Numbered from the stretch's first letter, positions 36,965-61,676 are shown. The stretch: DNA of 64,000 nucleotides from Phaeosaccion multiseriatum (GCA_965112735.1 OZ218963.1:496001-560000), one strand, 5' to 3'. Notes: generated by a model not told the origin, from the sequence alone. A program made the numbers and translations.

Positions 36965-38629
36965 ATGGAGGGCACTACATATAAGAGAGGCGCGAATGGG
37001 CTCTCCAAACGGCGGGGCAGCAACAGCCTCTCTAGCAGCAGGAGCAGCAGCAGCGGGACGGCGGCACTGAGGATTGTTGCTGGTCATACGTCGAACAAGG
37101 CTCTGTGGGGCGTGTGCAAGGAGGTCGACAAGGTAACCTCCCGCACTTTGGTGATCCATGCCGACATGCCCCAAGCTATCCAGTCCCGTGTGTTAAGTAT
37201 GTTTAAGCAGCAGCAGCAGCGGGGACGGGAGGAGGTTCAACGTCTTACTGCCGCCTCTACCCCTTCTCCCGCCCGGTACCCGGGGAACGGTAAGAAGAAA
37301 GGAGGTGTTGTGGGAGGGCTGCAAAGGTCGGGGAGGATTAGAGCGGACCATGATATGGCGGGCTCCTTTCGGGTCAGAGCGGTGCGCCTCCGCCTCCGCC
37401 ACCTCCACACCGATTCTGCACGAGCTGACCGGACCCGTGCTCTTGCTGACGAGGCTCTCGCTTCCAAAGTATTGGCGAGGCTGCCGCTCTCGGTCAAGTG
37501 TGTGCGTTTCTATGGGTGGTTCACCAGCAAGACAAGCGAAGCTGTGGTGGTACCGGGCACAGTGGAGGAGCTCGAGTTTTCATCCATCGCGGGGTTTAAC
37601 AAGCCAATCGTTTTCCCCGAGGCGCTGAGGAAGGTGACGTTTGGCCACGGATTCGATCAGGCTGATTTGGTGTTGCCAAGCTCGCTGGAGGAGCTCATGT
37701 TTTCATCGAACGCGGGGTTTAACAGGCCAATCGTTCTCCCCGAGGCGCTGAAGAAGGTCACATTTGGCTACGGATTCGATCAGGCTGATTTGGTGTTGCC
37801 AAGCTCTCTGGAGGAGCTAGCTTTTCCATTTTTCGCTGTTTTCAACAGACCCATCGTTTTCCCGCCCTCGCTCAGAAAGATTGTCTTTGGTTATCGCTTC
37901 GACCAGCCTGATGTGGTGCTACCAAGCTCTCTGGAGGAGCTGGAGTTTTCGCGGTTCTCTGTGCTCAACAGACAAATCGCCCTCCCTGTCTCGCTGAAGA
38001 AGGTCACCTTCGGGGAATGGCTGGATCAGGCTGATTTGGTGCTACCAAGCTCTCTGGAGGAGCTGGCGTTTTCGTCCAACTCGACCTTTGACAGGCCAAT
38101 CGTTCTCCCTGCCTCGCTAAAAAAGATCACTTTTGGATATCACTTCGATCAGGCTGGTTTGGTGCTACCAAGCTCTCTGGAGGAGCTCGCGTTTTCGTCC
38201 AACTCGGTGTTTAACCAAAGCATCACCCTCCCTGCCTCGCTCAAGAAGGTTACTATGGGGGGACTTTATGACCAGCCACTGACTGATTTGGTTTCACTGC
38301 ACTCTATAGAGGAGCTTGTGTTTCCGTGTTCCTCGGTGTTCAACGGGCCAATCGCTCTCCCCACCTCGCTCAAGAAGGTCTGTTTTGGCAATGCATTCAA
38401 TCGGCATTTGATCCTTCCCAGTGGTGTAGAGGAGGTGAACATGGGGCATGACTTTAACCTCCCCTTCCTGGCCCTTCCTGCCTCTCTGCGGACTCTTGCG
38501 CTGAGCTCTCAATACTCCTGCCCTCTGGAGAGCCTACCTGCTGGCCTGAAGAAGCTTACGATCGGGGAGGAATACCGGCTGCTGCCTCGACGTCTACCCA
38601 CGTGCCTCCACGTGGAGCGCTGTGTCTAA
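36965..38629 (+). CDS. Intronless FNIP-repeat (LRR-like) protein
   Basis: About 7 tandem 41-aa (123-bp) double FNIP units, LPSSLEELxFxxxxxFNxPIVLPxSLKKVTFGxxFDQxDLV. The N-terminal ALRIVAG...LWGVCKE is F-box-like. Confidence 0.88.
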   Translation: MEGTTYKRGANGLSKRRGSNSLSSSRSSSSGTAALRIVAGHTSNKALWGVCKEVDKVTSRTLVIHADMPQAIQSRVLSMFKQQQQRGREEVQRLTAASTPSPARYPGNGKKKGGVVGGLQRSGRIRADHDMAGSFRVRAVRLRLRHLHTDSARADRTRALADEALASKVLARLPLSVKCVRFYGWFTSKTSEAVVVPGTVEELEFSSIAGFNKPIVFPEALRKVTFGHGFDQADLVLPSSLEELMFSSNAGFNRPIVLPEALKKVTFGYGFDQADLVLPSSLEELAFPFFAVFNRPIVFPPSLRKIVFGYRFDQPDVVLPSSLEELEFSRFSVLNRQIALPVSLKKVTFGEWLDQADLVLPSSLEELAFSSNSTFDRPIVLPASLKKITFGYHFDQAGLVLPSSLEELAFSSNSVFNQSITLPASLKKVTMGGLYDQPLTDLVSLHSIEELVFPCSSVFNGPIALPTSLKKVCFGNAFNRHLILPSGVEEVNMGHDFNLPFLALPASLRTLALSSQYSCPLESLPAGLKKLTIGEEYRLLPRRLPTCLHVERCV

Positions 38630-38944
38630 GGGGCAATGCGACTCAGCTGAGGTTGGGAGTACCATCTCTCTCTCCCTCCCTCACGGGGGGCGATTGCCTG
38701 CTATATAAATATATATAATATACACACAATGTGTGTATATATATATGGCTCTACTCGGAGTGGCGAATGCCTTTGGGCTTGTCCCGTCGTTGTCATGTCC
38801 TTGATTAGTGCTTAAGCTCCATACTCTCTCCTACTCAGTACCTAAAGTGAACAGGGGGGCAGCGTACCACCAACTGGGGTACTCTACCCCTGCTGCTCTT
38901 CCCTCGCACTTCACCATACACCACCAGCGACTACAACCCTCCCT

Positions 38945-50972
<12,028 letters not shown>

Positions 50973-51200
50973 TGCAAAGACTGGCTGAAGCTTTCTCGGT
51001 TCTCTTCCTTCGCGCAAGTCTAGATGCTTGGAATTGGGGTTTCAGTAATTCGTCTCTTTCGTAATAGAGAGAGGTTCATGTTATGGAAGCAGGAGAATAG
51101 CACGGAGCGACTGGTGTGAGCGGAGTCCTGGCCCGTGGGGGAGGGAAGAGGGGCCTTAGTTTTTGAAGGGAAGAGAAGATAGAAACAAAAAGAGAGGGCG

Positions 51201-54200
51201 ATGGCGGGATGGTTTGCAGGCGTCAACCTGAGCGACTTGAAGGCACAGGTGACCAAAATCGGAGCTGATCTGCAGGACGGAGTGACCAAGCTGCAGCAGG
51301 ACCTGCAGCAGGAGGCCAGGGAGGTTGATCATACGCTGAGGGAGGCAGCCGCGGGCGTCAAAGATGGCGGGAAGGACGTCATGGAGGAGGAGTCGAGAAT
51401 ACAGCAGGGTGAGTTGAGGGAGTTTATTCCATGAGTGACGTGTCCCCATCGTGTAGACATGGATACACAGCAGGGTGAGAGAGTCCCTGCGTAAGTATCC
51501 CCATCGTACACGGTAGACCGAGGGGGGGCGCTTGGCCTTCGCTCTCTTCTCCGTGTCTTTTCTCTTTTATGTGTGTATCTCCACTCTCTCTGTCCGTGCT
51601 AATCTACCCACCCCTCCTTTGTGTGCACATTTCCTTCTCCCTCTCGGGCTTTTTATCTCCTCGACGCCACCGCCGAAGCGACTCTATTCAGTACACTACC
51701 CTAAGAGGCCTTGTAGCAGCTCTGCAGTTGTCCATACAACTATCCCTCCCTCTCTCTTACCCTCCCTCCCCCCCCTCTCTATCCCTCCCTCTCTCTTACC
51801 CACCCTCCCCCCTCTCTCTGTGTTTACCGCCCCCCTATCTCTCTCCCTTTCTCTCTCTATCCCTCCCCCTCTCTTCTCTCCTTCCCTCCCTCTCTCTCTC
51901 TCTCTCTCTTCCCCCTCTCTAATGATGATGATGATGATAATGATGATACAGAGACGGTAGCCAATCAATTACGAGAAGTGAAAATTTTGCCCTGGGAGAC
52001 GACCGACGAAAAGAAGAGCATCCTTACTCAGGTACTGCTGATACAGCGGCCGGCAGGAGAGCAGCAGCAGTTGGTGATACGGCAGCCAGCAGCAAGCTAG
52101 TCAGACTAGACTCTCTGACTTCTGTTGTCACTTTGCCGTTCACTCTCTTCTCCTCCCTCCCACCGACCCCATCCACTGCCATCCACCCACACCCTACCCC
52201 ACCCTCACCCACCCACCCACCCCATCCACTACCATCCACCCGCACCCCCCAACATCAGGCATTGATGGAGAAGGTGCTCGGACTCTCTCTGGAGGCCTCA
52301 AACTTCACCACCCCTCCTCCCACCTCTTGCAGTTACACATTCGACCTCTCCCGACACGTCACGGCGTGCGTCAGGGTGCGTTTGTGTTGCTCCACGTTAG
52401 GGGGGGTAGGAGGGGCAAAAAGGCAAACCCTCTACGTACATTTTTTTTCTCCCTCCTCCCCATATATATATATCCTACACCCTATACCCTATACCCCATA
52501 CCTCTTACCCTATACCCCATACCCTATGCCCCATACCCCATACCCTATACCCCATACCCTATACCCTATACCCCATACCCCATACCCCATACCCTATACC
52601 TCATTCATTTTACCTTACATCCCATACCCCATACCCTATCCCTCATTCATTTTAGCCTACATCCCATACCCCATACCCTATACCTCATTCATCTTACCCT
52701 ACATCCCATACCCTATACCCTATACCTCATTCATCTTACCCTACATCCCATACCCCATACCCTATCCCTCATTCATCTTACCCTACATCCCATACCCTGT
52801 ATCCTATAACCCATACCCTATGCCCCATACCCCATACCCTATACCCCATACCCTATACCCCATACCCCATACCCTATACCTCATTCATTTTACCTTACAT
52901 CCCATACCCCATACCCTATCCCTCATTCATCTTACCCTACATCCCATACCCTATCCCTCATTCATCTTACCCTACATCCCATACCCTATACCCCATACCC
53001 TATACCCTATACCCCATACCCCATACCCCATACCCCATACCCTATACCTCATTCATTTTACCTTACATCCCATACCCCATACCCTATCCCTCATTCATCT
53101 TACCCTACATCCCATACCCTATACCCTATGCCTCATTCATCTTACCTTACATCCCATACCCCATACCCTATACCTCATTCATCTTACCCTACATCCCATA
53201 CCCTATACCTCATTCATCTTACCCTACATCCCATACCCCATACCCTATACCTCATTCATTTTACCTTACATCCCATACCCCATACCCTATCCCTCATTCA
53301 TCTTACCCTACATCCCATACCCTATACCCTATACCTCATTCATTTTACCCTACATCCCATACCCTATACCCTATCCCTCATTCATCTTACCCTACATCCC
53401 ATACCCTATACCCTATCCCTCATTCATCTTACCCTACATCCCATACCCTATACCCTATACCTCATTCATTTTACCCTACATCCCATACCCTATACCCTAT
53501 ACCTCATTCATCTTACCCTACATCCCATACCCTATACCCTATCCCTCATTCATCTTACCCTACATCCCATACCCTATACCCTATCCCAGGTGCTGAAGAT
53601 CGACCCAAATCTCGCCAAGACACACGCAGCGATGGTCCTCAGAGTGCCAGAGGAGGACTTTTGGAGGTACTGCTCGCTCACCCACTCACTCACTCACTCA
53701 CTCACTCACTCACCCACCCACCCACCCACCCACCCACCCATTCACTCGCTTCCTCACTCACTCACTCACTCACTCACCCACCCACCCACCCACCCATTCA
53801 CTCGCTTCCTCACTCACTCACTCACTCACTCACTCACTCATTCAACCACTTACTCGCCCACCCAATCGCTCACTCACTCACTCTCTCACCCACCCACTCA
53901 CTCGCTTCCTCACAGCCTCACTCACTCACTCACTCACTCACTCGCCCACTCTCCAGGAATTACTTCTACCGCGTAGCTTTGCTCCGGCTTGAGGCAGGGT
54001 TGGAACCCCTGTCAGGAGGAGACTTCATGGGGGGGAGCGGAGACGATGAGGTGGGTAGACGGGTGGGTGGATGGCAGTGGATGGGTGGGTGGGTGGGTGG
54101 GTGGGTGGGTGGTTGTGAATCTGTTGTTGAGGGGTGGGAAGGTGGGTGTGTGAGAGGGAGGTGGGTGGATGGGTGGAGCAAGAGAGAAGGGGAGGGGAGG

Positions 54201-55871
54201 GGAGGGGAGGGGAGAAGAGAGAAGAGAGCGGGAGGATAGAGGAGGAGGGGGGGGGGGAGGGGAGAAGAGAGAAGAGAGCGGGAGCATAGAGGAGGAGGGG
54301 GGGGGGGAGGGGGGGAGGGGAGAAGAGAGAAGAGAGCGGGAGCATAGAGGAGGAGGGGGGGGGGGAGGGGGGGAGGGGAGAAGAGAGAAGAGAGCGGGAG
54401 GATAGAGGAGGAGGGGGGGGGGGAGGGGAGAAGAGAGAAGAGAGCGGGAGGATAGAGGAGGAGGGGGGGGGGGAGGGGAGAAGAGAGAAGAGAGCGGGAG
54501 GATAGAGGAGGAGGGGGGGGGAGGAGACGGGGTGGCCCTCTCCCACCCTTGTTTGTTCTTCCCCGCATCCCGCCATGCGGGGACACCCATCCAGCCTCGG
54601 AAACCGCAGCGCACCCCGCCTTCACGGGCCCACTCACTTTACACCTCCTTTCGTGCTTCCCTTCCCTTCCCTTCCCTTCCCTTCCCTTCCCTTCCCTTCC
54701 CTGCCCTTCCCTTCCCTTCCCTTCCCTTCCCTTCCCTGTCCTATCCGCGCTGTGCTGTGGCTGTCCTCTGTGTGTGCGTGTGTGTGTGTGTATTTGTGTG
54801 CGTGCGCGTGGTGTGTGTGATGTGTGGCGGCATTGGCCTCACATGGAAACAAACAAACAAAACAAACAAATATACATACATACAACCAAACGAGCAGGAC
54901 AGCAGCGGGAATCCTGACACCAAGGCGGCGGCACCGAGTCCCTCCTACTCCTCCTCCACAAGCAACAGTTACGAGAACATTCCCAGCCCAGACCCAACCC
55001 GCACCCCCCCCGGGACGGCGGAGGAGGAGGAGAAAGGTCGATCAAAAGCCCGGCCATGCACTGCCTTCCCCTCCTCCTCCTCATCATCAGGGGTATTATC
55101 AGGGGCAGGGAAGGTCAACGATGGCAGCAAAAGGTCGACGGAGAGGGGGGGTGATGGTGATGATGATGCTGCGAGTGATGACGCGGCTTTGGAGGCTGCA
55201 GTGGCTGCTGAATTAGGTGAGGTGGGATGGCAGTGGATGGAGGGAGGAGGGAGATGGCAGTGGATGGAGAGGCATGAGGGGATGGGATGGGATGGAATGG
55301 GATGGCAGTGGATGGAGAGAGGAGGGAGATGGCAGTGGATGGAGAGGCATGAGGGGATGGGATGGGATGGGATGGCAGTGGATGGAGAGGCATGAGGGGA
55401 TGGGATGGGATGGGATGGCAGTGGATGGAGAGGCATGAGGGGACGGCAGTGGATGGCGAGGCATGAGGGGATGGGCTGGTGTTGAAGAGGGGGGAGGGGA
55501 TGGAGACGGCAGTGGATGGAGAGGGGACGCCGAATGGCAGTGGATGGACGAGGGGGGGGGATGGCATCTATGCTTTACTAAGATCATCACATCGCTTATC
55601 AACATGTCTACCTGCCTGCCCTGCCCTGCCCTGCTCTGCTCTGCCCTGTCTGCCACTCTTGCCCATATACCTGTGCGTGCCCGTATGCCCGGCGATGGCA
55701 ACAGAAGGCAGCTTGGAGGGAAGCTTTGACGACTTGGGGGACCTCGACCCCTCGGACTTGGGGGGGGGGGCAGATGGCGACGGCTACCTTGGAGCGGATG
55801 GGGAGGACGGGGACGAGGATGACGACGACGAATTGGAGCGGCAAATTGCTGCTGAGCTGGGAGAAGGTTGA
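51201..55871 (+). CDS. BSD-domain protein (SYAP1/DOS2-like), multi-exon
   Basis: Exons give MAGWFAGV..., VKILPWET, ALMEKVLGLSLEASNFTTPPP...FDL, VLKIDPNLAKTHAAMVLRVPEEDFW|RNYFYRV (BSD signature) and an acidic C-terminus ELERQIAAELGEG*. Confidence 0.88.
52480..53585. repeat. ~1.1-kb (ATACCC[CT])n / CTCATTCATCTTACCCTACATCCC minisatellite ending at an acceptor
   Basis: Direct inspection; the acceptor CAG is at 53588-53590. Confidence 0.92.
55225..55560. repeat. GGATGGCAGT-family minisatellite next to a donor
   Basis: The same family occurs at 39235-39320, 40535-40881, 43921-43970, 44840-44875, 52169-52240, 54065 and 63787-63890. Confidence 0.85.
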
Positions 55872-56202
55872 ATTCATTGAATGAATAGTCAAGGAGGAGG
55901 GTGGTCCAACCACGGTTGCTCGATGCAGCTGTTACAGCAGAAGTACTTGTAAAGAGTGAGAGAGGTGCTCTCTCCTGAAAAATGTAAACATGTAAAAGGA
56001 AAGACCCGAAGCCGAGCGACTCCACCCCCCGCCCCCTCCCCCTTGCCCTCTAATGTCATGCACACACCAAGGAGAGTGGATGCTGGGGTGAGTGAGTGAG
56101 TGAGTGTTGGGTGCATATGTGTGGGTGTGTGGGCGTACATGTTGAGCTCTTAAGCAACTCAGTGCATACTTTCACTTGCTTCGCTTCTTTCCCCTTAACA
56201 AT

Positions 56203-56450
56203 CGATTCCAACCACATACACTGAGCGAACGCCTACTACCTGGCAATAGTAGCGGAAGCTCCACAGCAACTACCACGTGCGCTGTTCGATTCCAACCACA
56301 TGCGCTGTTGAGCAAACGCCCTTTTGCTGCTCTCGCCAACTTCCTGGGCTGTTGTAGAGCGGAAGGTCCACGCGTTGTTGTTGTTGTATTCCAACCACAT
56401 AGAATGAGCAAGCGCCCTTGATTGTTGCTGCTCTCGCCAACTTCCTGGGG
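56203..56450. repeat. Degenerate ~85-100-bp intergenic tandem repeat, ~3 units with conserved blocks
   Basis: ATTCCAACCACAT at ~56205, 56289 and 56388, each followed by TGAGCRARCGCC; GCGGAAGSTCCAC occurs twice. Confidence 0.75.
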
Positions 56451-56648
56451 GTGGTTGGGTTGGTGGTGCGATGTTTGGTGTGTGTGCTGCCGACGTGTGT
56501 TCGAAGTGTTGTTTTGTTGTTCTTTTGCCGTTGATTTTGACCCTTGTTGCCGTTACGTTTGGCCCGTCAAAGAGGATTGGCGGGGCCCCCCGCGTTCCTG
56601 GGACGTTTGAATCTAACCACGCCAATACACGCCGCCGCCACCTTGAGA

Positions 56649-56694
<46 letters not shown>

Positions 56695-56846
56695 GGGAGA
56701 GAGAGGGAGAGAGAGAGAGAGAGGGAGGGAGGGAGGGAGGGAGAGAGAGAGGGAGAGAGAGAAGTAAGCACGGAGGACCCATTGGAGGCATCGCAGCGGC
56801 AGCTCCGGTCTAGGTAGCTGTAAGTAGAGAGGTTCCAGGGCTGAGA

Positions 56847-57632
56847 ATGTCACAGGCATCAACAATACCACCCACACCTTTCGACGTCGACGCAACATAC
56901 GAAGAATACTACTTCCCCCGGAAATGCTCAACGAAAAGAGAGAAGCACGAGCTCCTCGAGAATAGACCATGGTTGAAGTGGCTCCAATGGTTCAGGAGGG
57001 GGGGGAGAGTGTGCCACAAGGGGGAGGGGGGAGGACTGCGTGAATGTGGAGAGGCCTCATCCCTAACACCAAGCCAAGCAGGAGGAGCGACGAGTCGCCA
57101 CCGTGCTGGCTGGAAAGCTGCTGCTGCGGCTGTACTCTTTCCGACAGCCCTCACAGCCACAAGAACAACAACGAGAACAACACGAACGCCAACAAGGGCA
57201 ACGCCAACAAGGGCAACGACTGCAGGAAGCAGGAGCGCTCGTCGTTCACCACCACCAGAGCTGCACGGTCAATCGTGCCCAAGGGCGCGGTGTGCCGATG
57301 CAGCTTGTAGCAGTACTCAGCCCCCATCCCGTGCATCGGATCACCGCCCATCGATGGAAGAGGCCCTGCTAGTTGGAGAGCACCGAGGAACGGCCCGTGG
57401 CTGGCGGCAGGAGGAGGGGCAGGTATTTGAGCGGCGGCGCATCCGATCAGATCCCCTCAACAGCAGCAGCAGTCGCCGCAGCGAAATGTTGCCCGAGCGT
57501 CCTTCTCCCCTGCTAAGAAGCAATGCCAGTTGTGGCACCATCAGTGACTACATTCGTCAAAGCCGTAATAACAGCGCCGAGGACTTCGATTCCCAAGCTA
57601 CGGAACTGGACGAGCTATATTACACGGCGTAG
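56847..57632 (+). CDS. Hypothetical intronless protein, 261 aa
   Basis: ATG-initiated ORF in non-repetitive sequence; no domain recognised. Confidence 0.4.
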   Translation: MSQASTIPPTPFDVDATYEEYYFPRKCSTKREKHELLENRPWLKWLQWFRRGGRVCHKGEGGGLRECGEASSLTPSQAGGATSRHRAGWKAAAAAVLFPTALTATRTTTRTTRTPTRATPTRATTAGSRSARRSPPPELHGQSCPRARCADAACSSTQPPSRASDHRPSMEEALLVGEHRGTARGWRQEEGQVFERRRIRSDPLNSSSSRRSEMLPERPSPLLRSNASCGTISDYIRQSRNNSAEDFDSQATELDELYYTA

Positions 57633-58041
57633 CACCAGGAGGAATGCCCGGTGCAATGGTCTGATTAGATGTACATACAACGAGAAAGAGGATGGGAGGG
57701 GAGCAAGTCCGCCTGAAGGGGGGAGGGCAGCAAGCAGTTTTGTGCGCGTTGTGTAAACGTGTGCATGCAATGCTAGTGGTATATAGAGGCAGAGGCGCAG
57801 GTGTGTGTGCCAGATGCAGGACATTATTACGACATACGAATGTGTTTGCGATGGTGATTATAATCCGACTCTCCCTCATCTCCTCCAGTCCTTATTAATA
57901 CAGTGCCAAGGGAAACCGTCGTCCTTTCCCGCGGTGTTAATGAAGAAAAGGGGAGACAGGCAGCACCCAGGAGCGGGGGCGCCTCTCACGAGCGGAGGGG
58001 CAGTGTGATGCCAACAACAACAAAAATCGAAAAGAGAGTTG

Positions 58042-58073
<32 letters not shown>

Positions 58074-58456
58074 CTTCATTCATTACTCGGAATGCCCCTT
58101 CCCTTCCATCCCTCCTTCCTTCCCCTCAGGAAGAGGAGAGAGGGAGGAAGAGAGAGAGAAGAGAGAAAAAAGTATCGAATGGAATGCCTCCAGTCGGTGG
58201 ATGGTACCGCCACCGTAGCACCAAACCCAACAAAAAACCCTTTGCATCAACACACGCTGGTATCACCACACCCGTATCACCAATCCGCCTAGCTATTAGT
58301 ATACTCCTACTGCTTCTCTGGTAGAAGCAGACGCAATGTAGAAGGAAATAAAAAAAGACAACAGGATGAAAATGAAACAGCGAATGAGCGAACCCGTGCA
58401 TCAACACCACCACGTGGCGCATCAAAACACACACACCACATGTAGCACCAACACGC

Positions 58457-60950
58457 CTACTGCTGCTTGGAGGCGAGAGGTCCCATGAACTTGTCCTTCT
58501 CCTCGGCCGTCTGGAAGCGTCCATGGCCGAACTTGGACGAGGTGTCGATGAACTTGAGGTCCACGCTCTCCAGATGGATGCGGCGGGTGTGCGTCAGAAG
58601 GGCCTTTCGGAGGGTGACGCAACGCTTCTTGGTGCCCACGATGCAGCCCTTGAGCATGAGCCAGTCCTCGTTGATCTCACCTGAAGGATGGTGGGTCGAG
58701 GGTTTGCAGTGGGTGGAGTGAGGAGTGAGGAGATGAGCGCGTGAGGTGGAGGGTTTGGAGTGTTTTTGTTGTCTCGCTTCATCCATCATCTCAATCCACA
58801 CACACACACACACACACACGCAAGAGTCACTGAAATGTCATCCATGTATCTATTCTTGGGGAAGATCACAACAACCTCTCCTCTTCCCTTATGCCCTCCC
58901 TATATATAACATGACATCTCCCGCTCTCCATCTCCACCTCCATATCACCAACACGTGTACCCATTTCCTCCTTCGTATCACCAACACGTACCGTAGTGGG
59001 GGAAGCCTCCCATGGGGGTGATGGACTTGACCGTCAGGTCAGCCTCCGTGGAGCATGAGCTGCCATCTCCCTTCTTACCCACACGGTAGATCTTCTTGTT
59101 GATCTCGGTACGGTGATGGTACCCGTGTTGACCGGAGCGCGCCACGCTAAACGCCACACGGGCGGGATGCCACGACCCGATGCAGGCCACCTGAGGGCAA
59201 GAGGAAGGGGGAGGTAGGTACGTGAGTTACGTAGGTTGGTCAGGTTCAGTAACCAACTAGACACTTCGTTCCGTCAGACAGTCAGTCAATCCCACACCCA
59301 CTCCCACTCCCCCCCCCCTCCCCCCAAAGCTACAAGTCAGTGAAGATGAGTCCCACCAAGTCAGTTAAGATGAGTCCCACCCACTCAACCAACTCGACCC
59401 ACCTTTCGCAGACCACGATGCGTCTTTCGCGGCAGACGGGTGACGCCCCAACGGGTCACAACACCCTCGGTTCCATGTCCCTTGGAAGCTCCGAGGACAT
59501 CGATCACCTAAGGCAATGGGCGAGGCCGTGAGAGTGGGTAAGTGAGTGCTTCATTCTAGTGAGCGAGTGAGTGAGTGCGTGAGTGAGGTGAAGGAGTGAG
59601 GACAGTGAGTGTGAGTGAGTGAGGGAGGATGTCAAGCAGTGACGTACCTCGTCCTTGGCGAAGATGGAGTCCACGGAAACCTTCTGCTCGAAAAGGCCCA
59701 CTCCGTAGTCCACCTTGGCGGCCACGTCACCACCGTTGATCTGAGATTACGTAAGGGGGGGAGAGGGTTACGTAAGCGTAGCTTGGCTAGAGGGTATAGG
59801 GTAGGGTAGGGTAGGGTACGAGTAGCAGAGGGTATGGAGAAGGAGAAGGAGACCTTCTCCAAAGTACGTTACATAACTCCAAAGTACGTTACATAACGAA
59901 CCTGGATCTCCATGACGTGAGCCTTCTTCTGGCGAAGCTTGACCAGGCCAATCTGGAATCACAGGGTAGCAGGCGGAGGGGCAGATCATGGACCAGGTGT
60001 AAGAGGGCCAGTTCATGACAATAATACAAATACAATACAATACAAATTCGAATTCTTTCACGAGGAGAGTGTGCTTGTTTACGCATTCATTCATTTCCCC
60101 ATCCATATACCTGTGTATGCCTCAACACAACACTCCTCCCATATGCCTCCATGCCGCCTCTCCCCTCCTCCTCCTCCTCCTCCACCACCTCCTCCCCTTC
60201 TTTACCTGGGTGTGTGCGATGACGCGCACCACCTGGCAGTAGTCCTTCATGCGCTGCAACTCGTGTTGGAAGTCCTTGGGGGACTCGGATACGTTCTTGG
60301 CGTAACGGGTGAAGGCCTGGTTGTGGTTGTGGTGGTGGTGGGGGGGGGGGGGGGGGGGGGGGTGTCAGAGAGGGAGAAGAGGGGGACGGGAGAGTGTCAG
60401 AAAAGCATCAATATATATACATGTATATGTACATATCGACCCTTTGGCTTGCGACTTGTTCTTGTTTTTCCCTCCCCTCCCGGCTGTAGTCTGTCTCTCC
60501 ATCCCAGTTGGTCTACAACAACCCACGTGGTGGGAAAAAGAAAAGTTGCAAGCCACACCCACACACCTTGTGCTTGGCCTTGTACCAGTTCTTGTAGAAG
60601 CGGCGTCGGACCTCGTCGCTCAAGTGTTCGGCCCAGACCGTGGTGAGGGAACGGAGTCCAGCGGGGGTCTCGACGTAGCCCACCAGTCCGACCACCACCA
60701 TGGGGGGCGTCTCGATGATGGTCACGGCCTCGACCGTCTCCTTCTTGTGGAGCTTGGAGCCGGGGCGTTCGACCTCACGGGCGATGTGAGTCATGCCGGC
60801 CTTGTAGCCCATGAAGGCGGTGAGATGAGGGGCCTTGGCGGGGTCATCACGGGGGAAGGAGCGGATCTTTCCGTGGTGCTTCTTGGTTCGCTTCTTGGGC
60901 AGGAACCCAAGGGATCCGGAGCGGGGCTTCTCGAACTTACGGTGGGACAT
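58457..60950 (-). CDS. RPL3: 60S ribosomal protein L3 (uL3), 7 coding exons
   Basis: [75 protein letters not shown] and [17 protein letters not shown]. Confidence 0.98.
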
Positions 60951-60960
60951 GGTGGGTGGC

Positions 60961-61676
60961 TGCCGATGCGATTGATCGATGATCGACGGATGCAATTGAG
61001 AGAAAGGGGGAGGGGCACGGTTGGTAAGAGACCACGCATGTGTTGTTGGGTGTGCTTGCTTCGCTCCCTCACTAAAGGACACGAGACGACGTGAGCTCCG
61101 GGATGAGGTGCACCAGCTACACACGCCCCACCCGCAGCTCCTTTCTTCTCTGCTCCTGCTGCTCTCCTCTCCTCCCTGTTTCCTCCTGTGCCCAATCCTC
61201 TTCCTTTCACACCCGCCCACAGCCTCGACGCATTCCCCGCCCCCCCCAGCAACTCCTGCTCCTCCTCCCGCTGCTGCCCATCCTTCTCCTCCCTCCCTCC
61301 CGCGCATCTCCTGCTCTTCCTGCTGCTCTTCCTGCTGCCCTCACCCTCTCGCCCCTTCCCTCGTCTTTTCCCATCCGCCCACTGCCCCAACACAATCCCA
61401 GTCCCCCCCGTAGCGCCTGCTCCTCCTTCCCCATAGCTCCTGCCCATCCTGCTCCCTTCCTCCCCCCCTTGCGCCTCCCTTACCTAGAGTTCTCTCTCTC
61501 TCTTGATTGAGCAGCCTCCCTGCCATCAAAGGCCAGTATGCACGGGACGGAGGCACGCAAATCAATGCATAAGCTTACGTAAGCCTATGATATGTTCTCA
61601 CCGATCGGGAGGGGTGCCTTCGACCTTCGAGAAATCATTTCTCTTTTTGGGGACGTTGTTGTCTGGTGTGGAAGCG
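60961..61676. promoter_or_regulatory. RPL3 5'-UTR intron (~61483-60961) and short bidirectional RPL3/HSP90 promoter
   Basis: Minus-strand TAG|GTAAGG donor at ~61483 and GGCAG acceptor just upstream of the RPL3 ATG; the HSP90 ATG is at 61677 on the opposite strand. Confidence 0.5.

Noticed and set aside
58682-61483. Intronic snoRNAs in RPL3
   Set aside because: No convincing paired C (RTGATGA) and D (CTGA) boxes or H/ACA layout was found by eye; an Infernal scan would be needed.
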